Shown here: positions 39,163-51,500 of the stretch, piece by piece
Layout: each line of letters begins with the position of its first letter
Numbering within the stretch: the stretch's first letter is position 1
DNA from: Mobula hypostoma
Taxonomy: Eukaryota
Direction: 5' to 3'
Assembly (NCBI RefSeq): GCF_963921235.1
Contig: NC_086109.1
Coordinates: 30,816,001-30,880,000 of the forward strand
Length of the DNA: 64,000 bases
Notes under the pieces: generated by a model
The model's input: only the letters and a program-made list of their open reading frames with translations
Told to the model about the DNA's origin: nothing
The model's database searches: none
Translations under genes and position numbers: made by a program

Positions 39163-40179
39163 GAAGGCATTTACACCATCTCTATAAAATCCTTTAGTCA
39201 TTGGCGGGATAGGTGAGGCAATGTCTCCTAGATCAACATGCACAGCATCAGGTTCACTTGGTTGGCTCCAGTGGGCAGCCACATTGTTTCCATACTTGAC
39301 ACCAGATTCCTGTCACTTAACATCATGGCATGAGATTACAATGAGGCTTGAAGATTGTTGTCAAAGCAGTCTTGGGGGGGGGCACAATCTAACATCCCCA
39401 ATGACTCATGACATTCTTGAGTTATGACTAATCAAAGTGGAAATGGAGTATTTGGATTGGCAGTGAAAATTGTGAGAGTTTTTCCTTCAAGGTCACGTGG
39501 ATGCCTAGTGAAAGTGGCCGAAGGAGAATACTATCTCCATCATTATCCACTCAGCCACTCCTACCCCACCTGAAGCAGGGTTTACAAACACAAACTGGGA
39601 AAACATAAAGTGCTGACACTTACTCAACTTTCTCTGCAAAGAAAGTTTTTCTGACTTTTCATCAGAGCTGGGGATAGTTGGAAACTGAAATATTTAATGT
39701 TACAGAATGGATGGATGGGTGGAGAAAATGAAGGGAATGCCATGATATAATACAAGCCAAAGAAAGTGATCTTGCTGGCAGATAAACCTATAAACCCAGG
39801 CAATCTGTCTGGAAGAAATCTCTATGGAAGGAGGTGAATGAGCACAGAACTATTGAAGCCTCCACACACTGAGGATGCATGTCTGATCCTTTGTGGAAGT
39901 GAACTTCAATCTGGTCCAGGTGTCTGTTGTACACTCTACAATACTTCACAGGTTGAAGATCCAAGCTGAACTAGAGGGGAAGGAAGTAATTTTCAACCAT
40001 AAACAGACAGAAACAGAAAAGTAGCATATTTTGCTCCCTGTAAGTATCCATATACCCTCTTCACTGAAAAAAAACTGTCATCAACTTGTCAATAATTCTC
40101 AATTTTATATTTTTGATCTGTTCCAAAAAGAAAACTGAAAGGTCTAAAAGAGCACCCCTGTGGCTATTCCCCTCAATGT

Positions 40180-41300
40180 ATAATGTCAAGATGGGACAAA
40201 GTCAACATGGTTTCCTCAAGGGAAAATCTTGCCTGACGAACCTGTTGGAATTCTTTGAGAAGATTACAAGTAGCATAGATAAAGGATTCTTTCCTGGTTG
40301 GCTGCCAGTGACTAGTGGTGTTCCGTAGGGGTCGATGTTGGAACTGCTTGTTATGCCGTATATCATTGATTTAGATGATGGAATAGATGGCTTTGTTGCC
40401 ACGTTTCCAGATGACATGAAGATTAGTGGAGGGACAGGTAGCTGCAGAAGGACTTAGACAGATTAGGAGAATGGGGAAGAAAGTAGCAAATGAAATACAA
40501 TTTTGGAAAATACATGGTCATGCACTTTGGTAGAAGAAATAAATGTGCAGACTATTTTCTAAACGGGAAGAAAATACAAAAATCTGAGATGCAAAGGGAC
40601 TTGGGAGTCCTTGTACGGAATACCTTAAAGCTTAACTTGCAGGTTGAATTGGTGGTGAGGAAGGCAATTGCAATGCTAGCATACATTTCAGGAAGTCTAG
40701 AATATAAGAGCAGGGGCATGATGCTGAGGCTTTATAAGGCACTGGTGAGGCCTCACCTTGAGTATTGTTAACAGTTTTGGGCTCCTCAACTAAGATGTGC
40801 TGGCAATGGAGAGGGTTCAGATGAGGTTCACAAGGATGATTCCAGGAATGAAAGAGTTATCATATGAGGAAGAGAGATGGCTCTGGGCCTGTATTTGCTG
40901 GAATTTAGAAGGCTGAGGGACGATCTAATTGAAACCTTTTGAATGTTGAAAGGCCTAGACAAGGTAGATCTGGAAAGGATGTTTCCCCTGGTGGGGGAGT
41001 CTAGGACAGGAGGATACACCTTCAGGATAGAAGGACATTACTTTAAAACAGAGAAATTTCTTTAGCTAGAGGGTGGTAAATTTGTGGAATTTGTTACCAC
41101 AGCCAGGTCGTCAGGTGTTTTTAAGGCAGAATTTGATAGGATCTTGATTGGCCATGGCAGCAAAGGTTCGGGAAGAGGGTCAGGGAGTGGGGCTGAGGAA
41201 GGGAAAAGGGATCAGCCACGGTTGAATGGCAAAGCAGATTTAATTGGCCAAATAGCCTAATTCTGTTCCCATGTCTTGTGGTCTTCTAGCCTTATGGTCT
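40180..41300 (+). mobile_element. CR1 LINE RT-3' fragment with internal deletions
   Basis: SQHGFLKGKSCLTNLLEFFE, VTSGVP, FPDDMK, LYKALVRPHLEYC and a CR1 3'UTR. Confidence 0.9.
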
Positions 41301-42754
41301 TTTTTTAAATAAAGACATGTTCATCATTAGGGATTAGGCAATGCAGATGGAACTGTATTCTGTTGGAAAGTGGGAATGTTACCACCTAAAAGTTAGACAG
41401 ATGATTCATGGATTCAAGCTGATCTTTGCAGTGAGGAAGGTATCCTGGACGTTATGGTGAACATATGCACCACTGCTTGGAAACTGCCTGTTTATTGTTC
41501 CTTATAGCTTGCAACAGCTTTTGTTTATTTCCCAGCCCTGTGCAATCTTGTGAATGGTATGTGTAGCATTCCAAATCAATGAAAGCATCTTTAGCATGTC
41601 TATGGACCGCTCTTTGTGTTTTGTCCTTTTACGTTTTGACAATTTTGCTATGGTGAGAAGTTTCCTATCATCCACCCTTTAGGAAGCCAGCCAGAAGTAC
41701 AAACCCAACTACACGCTCAATATGATTTGCTTCATGGGTATCACGGTTAATGTGATTGGCTGCCTTGGGTCGGGAGAAAAAGACCGTCATAAATTTCCTG
41801 ATGTACTTGTACATGACCTACCGAATCCTGAATATCTCTGACAGAGTTAACCAGAGAGCTCTGGAAGATCCCATGGAGATGATTACACCCACTATCAAAG
41901 ACTGGACACCAGGTCCATCTGGCAATAGCATTTGCAGTAATTTGCTGTAAATATTTGCCACCACCTGTTATAATGCCCAGAGTTTCTTCTGATATAGAAA
42001 CTCAAGTCTCTAAATCTGCATCCTGTTGTGTGGTGATGGCATACTATGTGCTGGCTACTTCTGCTCATTCTCTGTCCTGTGAAGCTAACTGAAAAATGGC
42101 CTATAGTTTCTGATTGTTGTCATCACCCTCCTCGAGGTTCCACATGCTGCCTTCATGAAGATTTGACAATGGATTTTTTTTTTTTGTTTATCAAGTCATC
42201 CCATTTTAAATAAAAAGAAAATTTGCTATATTAGCAGTAATTCCAATAGCTTTACTAAACAAGCAACAATCATGATTTCTATGATGAAAAGCTATTAAAA
42301 GATGCTCGGAAAAACAGCTGTGAGACTGCAAAATTTAGTGTATTTTTCTTATTGCCAGTTGCTGTCACAGTTCCCTTGATTTCTCTATCAGATTAAAGAT
42401 TAGTTTTGTTTGCCATCAAAACACAGGGAAATGTATCATTTTTGTAAGCGATCAACAGTCTGAGGACGTGCTGGGGGTAGCTAGTAAGCATCACCACGCT
42501 CTGCAGAAATGTCGGTAAATTTTGGTACAATGTGTTTAAACCCTCAACTCTGGTTATTGTTGCTCCATGAATGAGTAATGCATGGAGAGGGTGGAAGCCT
42601 ATTTTGCCTAAGGGGTTTATTGCACATAGACTGATGAGATTAAACTGAGTTGGCACGAGGTTTCTGGGCACAGTTATTTTTTAGTGCCGTTAATGGCATT
42701 TAACCCTTCATATCCACCACTACAACTGCTACCCATAGGAACTTTCCCTTAAAG

Positions 42755-42837
42755 CTTGGGTTCCCAACCTGGGAGTCCTGGACTCCTTGCTTAGCGGTAT
42801 TGATCCATGGCATAAAAAAACAGGTTGGGAACCCCTG
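42755..42837. mobile_element. 83-bp hAT (Charlie-type) MITE
   Basis: TIRs CTTGGGTTCCCAACCTG / CAGGTTGGGAACCCCTG; 8-bp TSD CCTTAAAG (42747-42754) / CCTTAAAA (42838-42845). Confidence 0.85.
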
Positions 42838-43599
42838 CCTTAAAAACAAATGCCAGAAGATCAGCTTCTGAGTGAACTCAGTGGGTCAGGCAGCATCTTT
42901 GAAGGCAGTAGGGTATTTGATGTTGTTGGCCCTGTAGATTAAAAAAAAATGCAGTCCCTTGTGTATCCATTAAATAGGCAATGCTAGGAAAATCACCCAT
43001 TATAGAATACTGCATTGTGTGTTGTGCAGCATTTCCAACATCTCAGTCTAAATAAAAACTGTTCTGCCAGTTCAGCTCGGGAGTTTTTAATCCACAGCTC
43101 CATTTAAATCAAATTGTAATCTTGACTGTGTATTGCATCAACAACATTATTTTAAAAGACAGGTACATAAACATGTGTTAGGAATGGAAGTCTTGCAGTT
43201 TCTTTTCAAAAATTACATGTTCATTAGCTAATGGTTGCCACTGTCTCCAGTTTCTGAGTGAAAATGTTGGTGACATGGATGGTGGATGAGCTTACACAAA
43301 GTTGTAGTTGAGTGTATTCTTCAACTTGTATAATCCATTTTAAGCTACATTTGTATTTTAAGCTACCTTGTCTACTGAGGCTCGAGGCCAGAGATGGCCT
43401 GTCCAGGTGTAGGAGGACTATTTGTGCGTGCAACTGAGTAGGTGGAAGGGAGGAATGAGGCTTGTTTTGTTGTTGTGGTTCTGCTGTTGCTGCCGGTGAT
43501 GTTCTGTGAACATGGTGGGCATGATACCTTAGTGCCAGAGTGTGTAGCGGCACTTGCAGAATGCCCCAGCACATCCTTGGGTTGTGTTGGTTGTTACCA

Positions 43600-43970
43600 C
43601 GCAGGGGCCTTAGTATTATTAAGGATCCCACCCATCTATCCATCCAGCATCCTTTTTGACTTTCTACCATCAGGCAGGAGACTAGAATGCATTAACAACA
43701 AGAATGGTCAGGATGACAAACAGCTTCTTTCCCAGGCCATTAGGCTTCTGAACTCCTGGCCACATAGTATTCAAAGTATCACTGGTTAATCTGTTTCAAA
43801 CCTTATGATATTTAATATTAACGCACTTTAGTTTGTTATCTATATGTAGATTTTGTCTTTACCTTCATAAGTTATCGCGTATTATGTGTGTTACACCCTT
43901 GTTTGAAGAAACACTATCTCGTTTCTATATATGTTATATACATGTATGTAGCTAAACGACAATAAACCTC
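43600..43970 (+). mobile_element. Rex1/Babar 3' end nested in an older repeat (~43250-44040)
   Basis: IIKDPTH..ILFDFLPSGRRL..NSFFPQAIRLLNS motif; host repeat GTGTTGGTTGTTA..|..GCAAACAAC..TTTCACT resumes after it. Confidence 0.7.
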
Positions 43971-45661
43971 ATTTGTCACTGATGCAAACAACTAATTTCA
44001 CTATTTCATTGTACATGTGACAATTGTATGCATCTTAATCTGAAATCATTTTCCACCTCCTGTTAGAAAATAGTATTTTCTGATTCTTTCTGGAGTTTAC
44101 TTAGTAGCTTATTATCTTTCTAAATAATATTGTTTGCATGAAGATTAAATTATTTGTTTCCTTCATCTGCCTCAACCTTAAATGCTTAAACACAAAGTGG
44201 GAATGGTTCGGCAGGATGGAAAACCCATGGCTGTGTTTCAAGTTCAATTGACACTGCCTCAGCGTGGCAATGATGGAACTACTGGTGAGATTTTGTTAAA
44301 TAATAGGAGCAGACAATAAAATTTTGGGTGGAGTTACAAACCATCAAATTTTGACAAATATTTCTTAGCTTTGGCACACAATTCTACCAAGCTTGAATCT
44401 TCGCACAATCACATGAATCTTGGATTTCATCTTTTGGAACTGGGGATTAATATGCTGTAAGTCCAATGCTTCTATCATTTGTATACAATATCCTTCAATT
44501 TATAGAAACAGCGAGACCAGCTTTTCCCTAACTTTTGTATTTATTTATCAAAGATTACGGTTTAAGATGGCTTTGGTGAAAACACAGTGACTCCTTGCTA
44601 GTAGCAAACAAAACAGAACTATAAGTTACTCTATTAATCACATTTTTTTTTCTTGGATATGATCTCTGCACTCGATAGCCTGTAACTTCTCTTTCAGAGA
44701 TGAGCTTTTGAACAGCCTATTCGACCTGGCATTTTTGTGATTTGAAGTGAAGTCTCGAATGCGCAGGACAATTGCGGCATGGTATGGATGGGCTGCATTG
44801 AGGCTGTGGGGCCTGGGCTTGAGAGCAGGGAATGAGCCAATGCTTGGTCATCGCTGGAGTGGACTTGGAGGCAATTCGATGTGGCAGAATGGAGGCAGTT
44901 TCAGGGTCCTAGAGTAATGAACTACCCTAGATTTGGCTGACTGAAGCACCAGGCCAGATTGAAAATTCAGGTTGGTGGGTCTGCTCTGCAAGGTTTATTT
45001 GTCTCTGTGATGAACTAAGGCTGTGCCTTGCAACTAATGGGCTCCTGAATCGGCTGCAGTGATGACTGGCTTTGAGGCTGTGGACTCACTTCTGTGAACT
45101 TCAGTTCTAAATGTTATTTACTTTTATTGTTTGCATGAATTGTCGTCTTCACATTGGGTGTTAGATGGTCTTTTTTCTAATGGGTCCTGTTGGGTTTCTT
45201 TGTTTTGTGGCTGCCTGTAAAGAGACGACTCTCAAGATTATATTTAGTATACATACTGTGATAATAAATGTACTTCGAACTTTGTATCCCAGAAAAATGG
45301 TACAAGAATCAAGGATGCCTGATTCCTATTGACTGTTGTTCTGAGGGATTGCAAAAGGAAGGCAAATGCTTTATTGTTTTAATAGGATTTCCACCCACCA
45401 TAAACTCCAAATGGACCTTCAGTCTGCTCATCTCCCACCATAACTGTAATGTTATAAACCTGAAGGCTTAACCATAGCTGAAATATTGTCACATTACTCA
45501 AATTGCTTTTTAAGCCTTTTGGGATAAGGACCTTGCAGGAGTATTAAGGAGATGCTTGCTTAATGGCCTGTGCAGTATTTTCGTATCCATAACTGGGACG
45601 GAAAGACACAGGGAAAGCAACAAATATAAATGTTAATGGAATTTATATAAAATCATCTATT

Positions 45662-45893
45662 ATTCTGGAGGAAGTCAGCAGGTCAGGCATCATCTATAGA
45701 GAGGAATAAACATTCAACATTTCAGGCTAAGATCCTTCATCATGACTCATGCTGAAGGGTCCTGAAGATGGGTCTTGGCCCAAAGCAGCGGCTGTTTATT
45801 CTTTTCCATAGATGCTGCCTAACCCGCTGAGTTCCACCAGCATTTTGTGTTTGTTGCTTTGATTTCCAGCATCTGCAGAATCTCTTGTGTTTG
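45662..45893. mobile_element. PLE-derived fold-back element; further partial copies at ~42865-42925 and ~46220-46330
   Basis: GGAGGAAGTCAGCAGGTCAGGCATCATCTAT arm inverted against ATAGATGCTGCCTAACCCGCTGAGTTCCACCAGC; ends TTCCAGCATCTGCAGAATCTCTTGTGTTT. Confidence 0.75.
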
Positions 45894-46759
45894 TTATTTA
45901 ATATGGCATTTTTGAAATAATTAACTCTCAAACAACATTGCTAAGGACAATTTCTGTTTCTAGTCTGTTACCATATGCAAATTAACAGCTATGTTCCCAA
46001 AAAGCAAACTATGATTAAAATTCCACTGTTCATTTCTTTTCCTTTCTTGTTTCTGTTATTGCTCTTCATTGGAGACAGATATTTCCATAGAAACGGGGAA
46101 GGAGATGTTTAATTAGGCCTAACTTCAGATCAGCATTTCTTTACTTCACTTGACAATGTTGAAATGTACACTTCAAAGAAGACGCAGCAGTTTTGGCCAT
46201 CTGGTATAAACTGAGACATAAGAGAATGCTGGTGCTGGAACCTGGACCTGGAGGCAACCTGCTGGAGGAACTGCATCTGTGAATCCAAAGGGATTGTTGA
46301 CCTTTTAGGTTGAGACCCTGTATCAGGAATACAAAGAAAAAGTTTAACTTGTCTCAATTGGCTAGCCAACTGATCTCAAGTCACTTAAAATGGCTTGGAT
46401 CTCATCCCTCCACACGAGCTGGTATTTTAAGTGATGATCATCCACCTGTTTTAATAAAATCTTCCCATCTGAGTCAGTTGTGGTATTTAATTTTGTGTCT
46501 TTTTCATTAGATATCCTCTGCTGGGTATTGGCAGGATTTGTAGGATGGTGTTGGTGAATAAACCAAAAATAGCTCTCATATTGTGGAGTTCATAGAACTT
46601 TTTTTTAGCAGAATGTCATAGCGTTAAACAACATGGATACAGGCCCTTTGACCCACCGAGATCATGCTGACCATCCAACACCCATTTTTAATGGATATTG
46701 AAAAGCACTACTAATTCATTTAGGCTAGACATATTATGAATGTTTCCTACCAATGAAAA

Positions 46760-47290
46760 AAGATTTTGGCCATACTTGCACCATACACTGGTTTGCTCCC
46801 TTCAGTTACCCGATGAGGTAACTGTAGTCTTTGGCCAGGAGCAGATGTCGCCAGGTGGTGCCCAACATTCTTAGAGAGTTTCAAACCTTCACCGCTACAC
46901 TCTCCAGTTGGTGGGTCAGCAGCAATAGTGGTCAAGTCGCTGCCTATCTTCTATCGACTTCCAGCTCCACTCCTCTCACCTGCTCCATATCCAACAAGAG
47001 GTTCTTTTTGCTTCCTCCCCCACCTTGTGAGCTGCTTAGTTCGTGCTCGTTTCATCAAAGTCCAGTGCAGACAGCAACCTCCATGCAGACCTTTCTGGGA
47101 ACCCTCTACAGTCTGCATCCTTTGTCCCTGCACTCCTATACTAATGGTTGTCACTTCAGGGCCTTTCTCTTGTGAGCCTCCTTGCATCCTTCCTCCCATG
47201 ATACTGCGAGTGCCACCAGGGTGATTTTCTTGTCGTTGGTGGACCACAGTACAATGTCTGGTCGTAGTGTGGTTTGCACCGCTTCCATAA
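46760..47290 (-). mobile_element. HERO/NeSL-type (R2 superfamily) non-LTR retrotransposon 3' fragment
   Basis: My minus-strand translation: QTTLRPDIVLWSTNDKKITLVALAVSWEEGCKEAHKRKALK*..ECRDKG..CRGFPERSAWRLLSAL..TSCWIWSR, a restriction-like endonuclease signature. Confidence 0.8.
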
Positions 47291-48500
47291 ATATAGAAAA
47301 CAAAACATGAGGTGTAATGTTCTACAGTGAAATTCACTGAACACTGGATAGTTTAGAATATTCTTGATAATTATGTGAAAATTTAAGCCTTGTGGAAAAA
47401 ATCTTTATTACCTTTGATACGTATACTGCGTCCTCTTACACATGCCAAGCCATTGCCAAAATAAGAATTCATTATTGTATTTAAGACTACTAGTGGGTTC
47501 CAATACCACTAGGTTTCAAAGCACTGACTAGCAGCACTCCCAAATGTAAGCCTTTTCAGCAAATGATCTTGATAGTGCTCAAATTTGTCTTGCCTACCTT
47601 TTTGAATGTTGTCATGAAACGTGGTATAAAATATACATCAGCCCAAGCATATTCCTTGGTTCATGGACGATGTGACACAGGTCAGCAACAAGAAAACAAA
47701 AACACAAGGAAAGTAGCTGTGATTTGGGTAAAATGATGTAGCATTTTGTTTATTGTATGTTCCTCAGACTCCGAGCAGCAATGTGAATTGACCCCCAACC
47801 ACCATATCATGAGGGACCTAAAGTCTCTGTAAACAACATCTACTGTCCTTCCCTCATCAACCATCTTCACCACTTCATCAAAAACCACAATTAAATTTGT
47901 GTGATAGGGCATCCGTTGCACAAATCATCCCTAATAAATCTCGTTTTTTCAAATGCAAGTATATCATGGCCATAATAACTTTGCCAATAATTCCCTTACT
48001 GCTGATGCAAGGCTCATTGGACTCACTAAAATTAGTTGCTAAGAAAGATATTTGTTCAGACCTTGAGGATGCCATGGCACTAGAATGTATGCTGTACCTG
48101 AAGATGTATCATGCAGCTGTCCTCTAACATGCCCATAAGCAGTCAATTTGCAAGCAGCTCAAGGTTTAAGAGAGCTCGTATTTCACTACAATCTAAATGT
48201 CAAGCAAATACAAACAAATGAGGTTTCCAGCCAGGTATCAGATCTACACAACCAAGTAATTATGTTGACTGTTGACTTAAAAGTTAGAAACTCTCTGAAT
48301 TTGTTCCTAAATTTAGCAAGATAGTAAGCAAGTACGAGTCCTTACATACTGCCCGTTACACCTCCGGTATTTAAGGCAGCATTGAAGGTTCTCCATCTGT
48401 TCAAACACAGATCCAGACAGATTGTTCATTGCTGTTTCTGTAGCAATTTTCTTTCACCAGTCAGCGTTGTTAGCCTTGAGTTGAACCTCCAATTGTGGAG

Positions 48501-51500
48501 TGTTGTAATGTGAGCATTATTAAAAGTAAGTTAATACTAATTAGGATAATGGGGGGGGGAGGGGGGTTCTACTTCCGTTCTTTTTGCTTCCAGTATGCTT
48601 TGTATATAGTGTGCCTGCTATGCTGTACGGGTTGTAAAAGCATCTGTATATACATAATGGTTTTGACGTTCGAGATAAAGCTGTTTCTTTGGCATGAAGT
48701 TGTCGAGTGTACCTTTTTCAAAGTAAAAGTTACTACATATTTTTGGCGACGAGGTGAACTAGTTTTGTGGACGTGTTGGCATGTTTCGAGCGGGAGCAGC
48801 AGTGCCGATAAGGGGCCGCGCATTCGAATGGCTACATTTGGAACTATCGTTGATCTTGTGGACGTGACGGAGGACTGGCTGGAGTATGACGAAAGGTTGG
48901 GACACTTTTTCTGTGCTAATGGAATTATGGAGGAGGCTAAGAAACGCTCTATTCTCCTGAGTGTGTGTGGGGCAAAGACTTACAGGCTAATAAGGAATTT
49001 AGCCACACCACGGAAACCGGGGGACATTCCATATGATGAACCGGTCAAGCTCATGGGGAACCACCACAATCCGAAACCTTCTATGACAGTCCACCTGTGT
49101 AAGTTTCACAGCCGTTTCAGGAAGCCAGGTCAGTCTGTGGCCAATTTTGTGGCCGAGCTTCAGCAGCTGTCGGAGCATTGTGATTTTGGAGTGGTGTTGG
49201 ATGACATGCTCCATGATAGATCGGTATGGGGCATTAATAATGACAACATACAATGCCGCCTGTTAGGAGAAACCCCACCGCTGACTTTAAAGAAAGCCTT
49301 AGAGATTGCCTAAGGCATGGAGATGGAAATGGAGATGGGAGTACATTCAGATTGGAGGGTTGTGATTAGTGGTGTCCCACAAGGATTGGTTCTGAGACCT
49401 CTACTTTTTGTAGAGGATTGTCGAAGATTGCAGAGAGACATTGATGGGATGCAGAAGTGTGCTGAGAAGTGGCAGATTGAGTTCAACTCGGAGAAGTGTG
49501 AGGTGGTACACTTTGGAAGGACAAACTCCAAGGCAGAGTACAAATTAAATGGCAAATTACTTGGTAGTGTGGAGGAGCAGATGGATCTGGGGGTACATGT
49601 CCACAGATCCCTGAAAGTTGCCTCACAGGTACATAGGGTGGTTAAGAAAGCTTATGGGGTGTTAGCATTCATATGTCAAGGGATAGAGTTTAAGAGTTGC
49701 GAGGTAATGATGCAGCTCTATAAAACTCTGGTTAGGCCACACTTGGAGTACTGTGTCCAGTTCTGGTCGCCTCACTATAGGAAGGATGTGGAAGCATTGG
49801 AAAGGGTACAGAGGAAATTTACCAGGATGCTGCCTGGTTTAGAAAGTATGGATTATGATCAGAGATTAAGGGAGCTAGGGCTTTATCCTTTGGAGAGAAG
49901 GAGGATGAGAGGAGACATGATAGAGGTATACAAGATATTAAGAGGAATAGATAGAGTGGATAGCCTCTTTCCCAGGGCACCACTGGTCAATACAAGAGGA
50001 CATGGCTTTAAGGTAAGGGGTGGGAAGTTCAAGGGGGATATTACAGGAAGGTTTTTTTACTCAGAGAGTAGTTGGTGCGTGGAATGCACTGCCTGAGTCA
50101 GTGGTGGAAGCAGACACACTAGTGAAATTTAAGAGACTACTGGACAGGTATATGGAGGAATTTAAGGTGGGGAGTTATATGAGAGGCAGGGTTTGAGGGT
50201 TGGCACAACATTCTGGGCCGAAGGGCCTGTATTGTGCTATACTATTCTATGTTCTATGGCTGCTAATAATGTCAAGGATATCCAGAAAGGATATGGGGGG
50301 TTGCAGTCAGCGGCAGTGCACCAAGTCAGGAGGGAGACTGGTAAACAGGCAAAGCGGGTGGAATGTTTCCGGTGTGGAGGGGCGCACTACGCAAATGATT
50401 GCAAATTTAAAGACACTGTCTGCCATGCTTGTAGCAAAAAGGGACATTTAGCTAAAAAGTGCAGAAGTTCAAAGGGTAAGATTAAGCCTGGGCAGGAGAA
50501 AGCTCAACAGGCTCAGGCAGCCACATCACCATCTTGAAGAAGCAGATGAAGATGCAGTGTCTGCCTACAACATGTTTGCAGTGGAAACAGATGAGGAACC
50601 ACCTGAACCATATTATGCCACAGCTCAAACTTAGGACCTATACGGGGCAGCCCATACCTCATTTAGGGGTGTTATATGTGGACATCTCAGCCGGGGGTCA
50701 GAAGGCTGAAGCCAGGCTAGTGATAGCTAAGGGCAGGGGGCCCAGTCTTTTGGGTCGCGATTGGCTTCGTAAAATCCGGCTAAACTGGCATGAAATTAAG
50801 TATGCACACACAATGGAGGACATTCTGCAGCGGTACAGTGACGTTTACAGCTGGGAACACTGAAGGGTGTGACAGTGAAAATCCATGTCGACCCTGAGGC
50901 TACACTATGTTTTTAAGCCCAGGTCGGTGCCCTATGCCATGAAAGGCAAAGTCGAGGAGGAGCTGGAATGTTTACAGAGGCTGGGCATTATTGAGCCCGT
51001 CTAGTTTTCAACGTGGGCGACTCCCATTGTTCCAGTTTTGAAAGCAGACAAAGCGGTGAGGATACGTGGGGATTATAAGCTTACGGTGAATCAGGTCTCT
51101 GGGCTGGAGGAGTACCCATTGCCACGGGTGGATGACCTGTTTGCGACCCTGTCAGGGGGTAAGCTGTTCACAAAGCTGGACATGAGCCACACCTACTAAC
51201 AGCTGCTGCTCGACGAGGATTCAAAGGAATATGTCACAATTAATACGCACAAGAGATTATTCAAGTACAATCGCCTGGTGTTTGGAGTGGCGTCCAGCCC
51301 TGTCATTTTCCAAAGGACAATGGACACTTTGCTGCAGGGGATTCTGCACGTAGCAGTGTAACTTGGTGATAACTTAGAACAGGTGCTGAAGAGGCTCTCA
51401 GACACAGGGGTGTCGTTGAAACATGGAAAATGTGTGTTCCTGGCATCGAGTGTGACTTACCTGGGTCACAAGATCACAGCTGAGGGGCTTTGCCCTGTGG

